From positions 214,878 to 278,877 of the forward strand of contig CAWBZK010000003.1 of assembly GCA_963793255.1 (NCBI GenBank): 64,000 bases of DNA, written 5' to 3'. Of this stretch, positions 59,647-64,000 are shown piece after piece. The position numbers were made by a program, and so were the translations under genes. A model generated the notes under the pieces. It was not told where the DNA came from. It searched no databases and saw only the letters and a program-made list of their open reading frames with translations. The stretch comes from an uncultured Acidobacteriota bacterium. Lineage in GTDB: Bacteria; Acidobacteriota; Vicinamibacteria; Vicinamibacterales; SCN-69-37. The stretch's first letter is position 1. Each line of letters begins with the position of its first letter.

Positions 59647-60561
59647 ATGTCCTGGCGCCCGTCCATCCTCTGCCCGGTCGACTTCTCCGACTCGGCGCGC
59701 GTCGCGCTCCGGTATGCCGTCGCCGTCGGGTCGCATTTCGGCGCCACCGTCACGCTCGTCACGGTGAACGACCCGATTCTCGCCGAGAGCGCCGATCTCA
59801 AACTCGGACCCGACTGGCTGACCAGGCAGTGCCAGACCGAGTTGCAGTCGGAGGTCGCCAAGACCTTTGCCGGCCGGACGCTCGAGAACGTCGAGATGAA
59901 GTACGTGATCGCGACGGGCGAGGCCGCGCCTGAGATTCTGCGTGCCGCCCGGGAGTGCCGCTGCGACCTCATCGTGATGAGCAGCCGCGGGCTGAGCGGC
60001 GTCAGAAAGCTGTTCTTCGGCGCGACGACCGAGCGTGTCCTTCGAGAGACCTCGGTTCCGATGCTCGTCACTCCACCGTCGGGCGCGGCGCCGTTCACGC
60101 TCGAAGAGATGGCCGCGGAAATCCGGCGTGTGCTCGTCCCAGTGGACCTCGTGACGTCGCCGACGCGTCAGGTGCGGGTCGCGTCGGGGATCGCCGCGGC
60201 GCTTGGCGCTCCGCTGCTCCTTCTTCACGTGCTGGAGCCCCTCAGGACGCCGGTGCCTATGCAGATGCCGTTGCCGAACGTCGATGTCGAGCGGCGTGCC
60301 CAGGCGGATCAGACACTCGCGGAGTTGAGCGCGAAAATCGGATCGGGCGTCAAAGTCGAGGCGCTGACCGCGTTTGGCGACTCGGCCGAGGAAATCGCCA
60401 AGATTGCGGCCGATCGCCAGGTCGGGCTGCTCGTGATGGGCCTTCACGCGTCGCCGCTGGCGGGCACGCGCATGGGGTCGGTCACGTACCGCGTGCTGTG
60501 CCTCGCCCACACGCTCGTGCTCGCCCTGCCGCCCACGCCCCCTGAGGTTCGGCCCGCCTGA
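59647..60561 (+). CDS. tandem universal stress protein (two UspA domains)
   Basis: ILCPVDFSDSA...LIVMSSRGLSGVRKLFFGATTERVLRETSVPMLV, and a second unit VLVPVDL...LLVMGLHASPLAGTRMGSVTYRVL. Confidence 0.8.
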   Translation: MSWRPSILCPVDFSDSARVALRYAVAVGSHFGATVTLVTVNDPILAESADLKLGPDWLTRQCQTELQSEVAKTFAGRTLENVEMKYVIATGEAAPEILRAARECRCDLIVMSSRGLSGVRKLFFGATTERVLRETSVPMLVTPPSGAAPFTLEEMAAEIRRVLVPVDLVTSPTRQVRVASGIAAALGAPLLLLHVLEPLRTPVPMQMPLPNVDVERRAQADQTLAELSAKIGSGVKVEALTAFGDSAEEIAKIAADRQVGLLVMGLHASPLAGTRMGSVTYRVLCLAHTLVLALPPTPPEVRPA

Positions 60562-60563
60562 AC

Positions 60564-61667
60564 GTGGCCGTGAGCGCTTCGGTGCCTAACGTCTCCGCGA
60601 CGATTACCGCCTACTACCTCTTCGAGGTGTCCGAGAGCATCCGGCTCGATGCCCTTCAATCGTCGCTCGGGCCGGCGGCCGCGCGGGCCACTGTGTACGA
60701 CAAGGCGCCTGGCGCTCCCCACGTGCGGTACATCCAGCCGCCGGTGATCATCGATGGTGACGCGCTTGGCGAAGCGGCGATCGGGGACTTTCGAGTTCGC
60801 GTCAAGTTCTATGACTACGGCGTGGTGTCGCTTGCGCTCGCCCGACCGGTCTCGTGCGCCTGGCCCGAGCTCGTCGCCCTTTCCCAGGAGCTCGTCGAGA
60901 ACGAGGCTCTGCAGGCGCAGGCGGAAGCGGCCTTCCGCCGAATCCTCACGAGGGTTGAACCGTCGGTCGAGGGCAAGCACGCCGGGATTCTCGACGAGGA
61001 GTACCTCGTTGTCGGCGTCACGTCGTGCGACCCGCCGCTGTCGGCCATCGACATGCTCGAGCAGCATGGCGCCGACATCGCCCAGATCCTTCGCGGCGAA
61101 CGGCAGGCTCTCAGCACCCAGGAGCGCGAGGAGGTGCTGCGCCATCGGCTCTCCTACCTTGCAGACGACCTCGTCGTCGCCGCATGGAACGCCGCGTTCG
61201 TCTACGACTCGGAAGCGGCGATGTCGGGAGCCGCCGAGGTGCTCGAGTTCGCGAATTCGCAGCTGCTCGAGTTCCGGTATCACGACGAGCGCCTGGAGGC
61301 GGCTCTCGGCCGCATCTACGGCGCGCTGCAGCATCCCCGGTGGATCGACAATCTGATCGGCCGTCGATATCTTCGGGCGACTCGGGAGCTCCACTCGCTG
61401 TTCATCGACGTGAATGAGCTGACCGACCGAACCGAGAACGCGCTGAAGCTCGTCGGGGACGTGTATGCCGCCCGGCTGTTCACGATTGTGGCGGCGCGGC
61501 TGGGGCTCGATCACTGGAAACGGAACGTCGAGGACAAACTCAAGACGCTCGACGATATTTACCGGTTCGCTGTGGAGCAAACCCGCGTGTCCCAGGGGAA
61601 CATTCTCGAGCTTGTCATTGTTCTCATTCTGGTCTTCGAGCTTGGCAGGAGCCTCCTGGGGTGGTGA
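60564..61667 (+). CDS. DUF155/RMD1(YagE)-like protein with C-terminal TM helix
   Basis: ITAYYLFEVSESIRLDAL start and C-terminal NILELVIVLILVFELG fit my recollection of the family architecture. The larger antisense ORF 60444..61718 is Arg-rich and rejected. Confidence 0.45.
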   Translation: MAVSASVPNVSATITAYYLFEVSESIRLDALQSSLGPAAARATVYDKAPGAPHVRYIQPPVIIDGDALGEAAIGDFRVRVKFYDYGVVSLALARPVSCAWPELVALSQELVENEALQAQAEAAFRRILTRVEPSVEGKHAGILDEEYLVVGVTSCDPPLSAIDMLEQHGADIAQILRGERQALSTQEREEVLRHRLSYLADDLVVAAWNAAFVYDSEAAMSGAAEVLEFANSQLLEFRYHDERLEAALGRIYGALQHPRWIDNLIGRRYLRATRELHSLFIDVNELTDRTENALKLVGDVYAARLFTIVAARLGLDHWKRNVEDKLKTLDDIYRFAVEQTRVSQGNILELVIVLILVFELGRSLLGW

Positions 61668-61709
61668 GAGTCCCGGCGGCCCGGCTATACTTTCCGCGCG
61701 AGGTTTCCC

Positions 61710-62651
61710 ATGTCGCATCGCTTCCTGAAGTTAACGGTCGGGGTGTTCATGGTCGGCGCGGGCGTGGCGTTCAGCCCCGCCGCCAACCTGGCTGGTCAAG
61801 CGCTCACACGTACGGTTCATGTCGCGGTCACCGACAAGGCGGGCGCGACCGTGACCGACATGCGAGCGGACGAATTCGAGCTGAAGTACGCGGGCAAGGC
61901 GGCGCCCATCACCGATGTGAAGATCGCCACGACGCCCGTTCGCGTGGCGTTGATCATCGCGGACCGCGGGGCAGGGATATTCCAGGCGGGCACGTTGAAT
62001 TTCGTGAATGCTCTGCTCAGCAAGGGCGAGTTCTCGATTACCAGCGTCGTCACACAGCCGGAACGCTTCGCCGACTATTCCAGTGACGTGAGCGTGCTCA
62101 AGCCGGCGGTGATACAGCTGCAGCGGCGCAACTCCAATCAGGGTGGCGCGCAGCTCGTCGATGCGATCCTGGCCGCGGCGAAAGAGGTCAAGAAAGAAGG
62201 CTTCCGTCCGGCTATCGTCGTGATGCGCGCCGGTGGCGAAGCGCCGACAGCGACTCGCTCGGAGACCGTTCGTGAGGAGATTCGCAAGAGCGGCGCCGTG
62301 CTGTACGCGATCTCGCGCACCGGGACTCAGAGCATGGGCGGCGGCCAGAGTGCCACGACCGCGCCAACGGCCGCGAGCGTTTCGCGTGACAACGCCGAGT
62401 CGGAAATCCGTGAGGGGCAACTCACCCTCGGGACGATTCTCGGCGAGGGCAGCAGGGAGTCCGGCGGTCGCCACGTGCAGACCGTGGCGCCGAGCATCGA
62501 GGATCTCGTGAAGCAGATCGCCAGCGAGATCGGGAACCGTTACGAGATTACCTACACCATTCCTCAGGCGGGCCGTCCGAACGACAAGCTCGAGGTATCC
62601 ACCAAGCGGAAAGACGTGACCGTGCTCGCGCCGATCCGCGTGCCGAACTAA
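61710..62651 (+). CDS. secreted VWA-like protein of the VWFA-related acidobacterial domain type
   Basis: Signal peptide; VHVAVTDKAGATVTDMRADEFELKYAGKAAPITDVK...VRVALIIADRG; C-terminal YEITYTIP...LEVSTKRKDVTVLAPIRV. Confidence 0.65.
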   Translation: MSHRFLKLTVGVFMVGAGVAFSPAANLAGQALTRTVHVAVTDKAGATVTDMRADEFELKYAGKAAPITDVKIATTPVRVALIIADRGAGIFQAGTLNFVNALLSKGEFSITSVVTQPERFADYSSDVSVLKPAVIQLQRRNSNQGGAQLVDAILAAAKEVKKEGFRPAIVVMRAGGEAPTATRSETVREEIRKSGAVLYAISRTGTQSMGGGQSATTAPTAASVSRDNAESEIREGQLTLGTILGEGSRESGGRHVQTVAPSIEDLVKQIASEIGNRYEITYTIPQAGRPNDKLEVSTKRKDVTVLAPIRVPN

Positions 62652-62654
62652 CAG

Positions 62655-63572
62655 ATGAAATCACTCGTGCCCGTTGCGGTCCTCGGGCTGACACTTGCAA
62701 CAGCTACACGCGTCGGCCTGGCGGATCGCCAGCAGGCGCCCGCGCCTGCGCCGGCCGCACAGGACAATCCCGCGGCCCGCGGTGGTCCGCCGCCCCAGGG
62801 CCGTGGCGGACGCGGTGGCCGGGCGACGTTCCCCGCGCAGCAGCGAGAGCTCGCGGATCCCGCGGTCATCGAACGCGGCCGCGGCATCTACAGCGCGACC
62901 TGCTCGGCGTGTCACGGCGGCGATCTTCGAGGCGGGCAGCTCGGCGGCCCCAACCTGCTGCGCTCCCCCGTCGTGCTCGCCGACGACATCGCCGTCCAGC
63001 TCGAGCCCATCCTGAAGGGCTCGCGCGCCGAGCGCGGCATGCCGGCCTTCCCGCTTCCGGCTGACGATGTCGCGGCGATTGGCGCGTTCCTGCACAGTGT
63101 CGTCGCGACGATGCGCGGACAGGGATCACCGCCGCCGGGGCCGACCGTCGAGCTGCAGGTGGTGGTGGGTGACGCAAAGGCCGGCGCGGCCTACTTTTCC
63201 GCGAAATGCGGCTCGTGCCACTCGGCCGACGGTGACCTGCGCGGGCTGGCGACCCGCGTGACCGAGCCGCGAGCGCTGCAGAACATGTGGGTCGCGGGCG
63301 GCGGACGAGGCAGCGCGCCCAGCGATCGACGAATCGTGACCGCCGTCGTGACGGAGCCCTCGGGCCAACGCACCCAGGGGCGGCTCGTTCGCTACGACGA
63401 CTTCACGGTGACGCTGGCGTTGGCGGACGGCACCATGCGGTCGTTCGCCCGTACCGGCGATGTGCCGAAGCTCGAGATCAACGATCCGATGGCTGGTCAT
63501 CGTGCGCTCCTCCCCACCCTCACCAATAAAGACATGCACGACGTGACCGCGTATCTGGTGACCTTGAAATGA
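62655..63572 (+). CDS. secreted dihaem c-type cytochrome
   Basis: Two CxxCH motifs (CSACHG, CGSCHS), a signal peptide and an RGG-rich linker (PQGRGGRGGR). Confidence 0.75.
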   Translation: MKSLVPVAVLGLTLATATRVGLADRQQAPAPAPAAQDNPAARGGPPPQGRGGRGGRATFPAQQRELADPAVIERGRGIYSATCSACHGGDLRGGQLGGPNLLRSPVVLADDIAVQLEPILKGSRAERGMPAFPLPADDVAAIGAFLHSVVATMRGQGSPPPGPTVELQVVVGDAKAGAAYFSAKCGSCHSADGDLRGLATRVTEPRALQNMWVAGGGRGSAPSDRRIVTAVVTEPSGQRTQGRLVRYDDFTVTLALADGTMRSFARTGDVPKLEINDPMAGHRALLPTLTNKDMHDVTAYLVTLK

Positions 63573-64000
63573 GATTTGCGACCTTTCTCTGTGGATCCAT
63601 CCTGCTGGCGCCCGCGCTCCTTGCGGGTCAGGGCCAGGGGGTCGCGCCCGCCGACCTCAAGAAGCCGCTCGGCGAATCCTGGACCACGCACAACGGCGAC
63701 TACAGCGGCCGGCGATACAGCTCGCTCAAGGACATCAACCGAGAGACGGTGAAGCACCTGTCGCTCGCCTGGATTGCGAACCTGCCTGCCGGCATGGGCG
63801 GGGGCGGCCGGGGCGGCGGGGCGGGCGCCGGCGTGCAGGTGGGTGGCCACGGCACCGGCGACTTTCCCGGCGGCAACACCGCGAGCGTCAAAGGGACGCC
63901 GCTCATGGTGGACGGTACGATCTACATGTCCGCGCCCGACAATGCGTGGGCGATCGACGCGCGTGATGGACGCGTGCTCTGGCGGTACTTCTGGAAGACG
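63569..64000 (+). CDS. PQQ-dependent dehydrogenase, methanol/ethanol family (5' part; continues beyond the window)
   Basis: ATG overlaps the cytochrome stop (ATGA). Own translation: MRFATFLCGSILLAPALLAGQ...WTTHNGDYSGRRYSSLKDINRETVKHLSLAW...GTPLMVDGTIYMSAPDNAWAIDARDGRVLWRY. Confidence 0.75.
   Translation, partial: MRFATFLCGSILLAPALLAGQGQGVAPADLKKPLGESWTTHNGDYSGRRYSSLKDINRETVKHLSLAWIANLPAGMGGGGRGGGAGAGVQVGGHGTGDFPGGNTASVKGTPLMVDGTIYMSAPDNAWAIDARDGRVLWRYFWKT

Overview
High-GC window of about 60 genes, most consistent with an Acidobacteria-type soil bacterium. Taxonomic hints are a VWFA-related acidobacterial-type domain protein, a PEGA protein, Ser/Thr kinase-TolB-propeller fusions and a DUF3500 protein. 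All calls rest on reading the supplied ORF translations and the DNA; nothing was searched.

Content, left to right:
- a VTC / DUF4956 / CotH(-FGE) operon, suhB and an RsbW-like kinase
- aroA-aroK
- a complete System I cytochrome c maturation cluster (ccmE, ccmF-H fusion, ccmA, B, C, D) with a CxxxY-type CcmE
- maf, a DciA-like DUF721 gene, thiolase-hbd and recA with a near-consensus sigma70 promoter
- tRNA-Phe followed by a ~5.9 kb decayed integrative island bounded by a 47-nt repeat of the tRNA 3' half
- two aldo/keto reductases, glpF, an esterase, DUF3500, a histidine kinase and a methyltransferase
- a badly decayed Ser/Thr kinase-TolB-propeller gene plus a second propeller fragment
- dhaK-dhaL followed by two NHL-propeller paralogs
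- HD-GYP + PilZ, a TonB-dependent-receptor-like barrel and a signal-peptide HpcH aldolase
- a PQQ sugar dehydrogenase, a GT-C glycosyltransferase and a tandem Usp
- DUF155-like, VWA, dihaem cytochrome c and the start of a PQQ alcohol dehydrogenase

Two window-wide signals stand out.
1. Nearly every larger intergenic gap holds a long imperfect hairpin built from degenerate heptamer words (GATTGNG, GGTTCGA/GGTTNNG, GAAGTNA, CCAATNN, NTNAGCC). One GATTGNG hairpin carries a decayed four-helix-bundle (23S-rRNA-IVS/Avd-like) gene in its loop, while three others are 'empty'.
2. More than 40 apparent single-base frame breaks are present and very unevenly distributed. Some hit essential genes (aroA, aroK), which argues for consensus errors. 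Others cluster in the island, the kinase locus and the four-helix-bundle gene, which argues for real decay.
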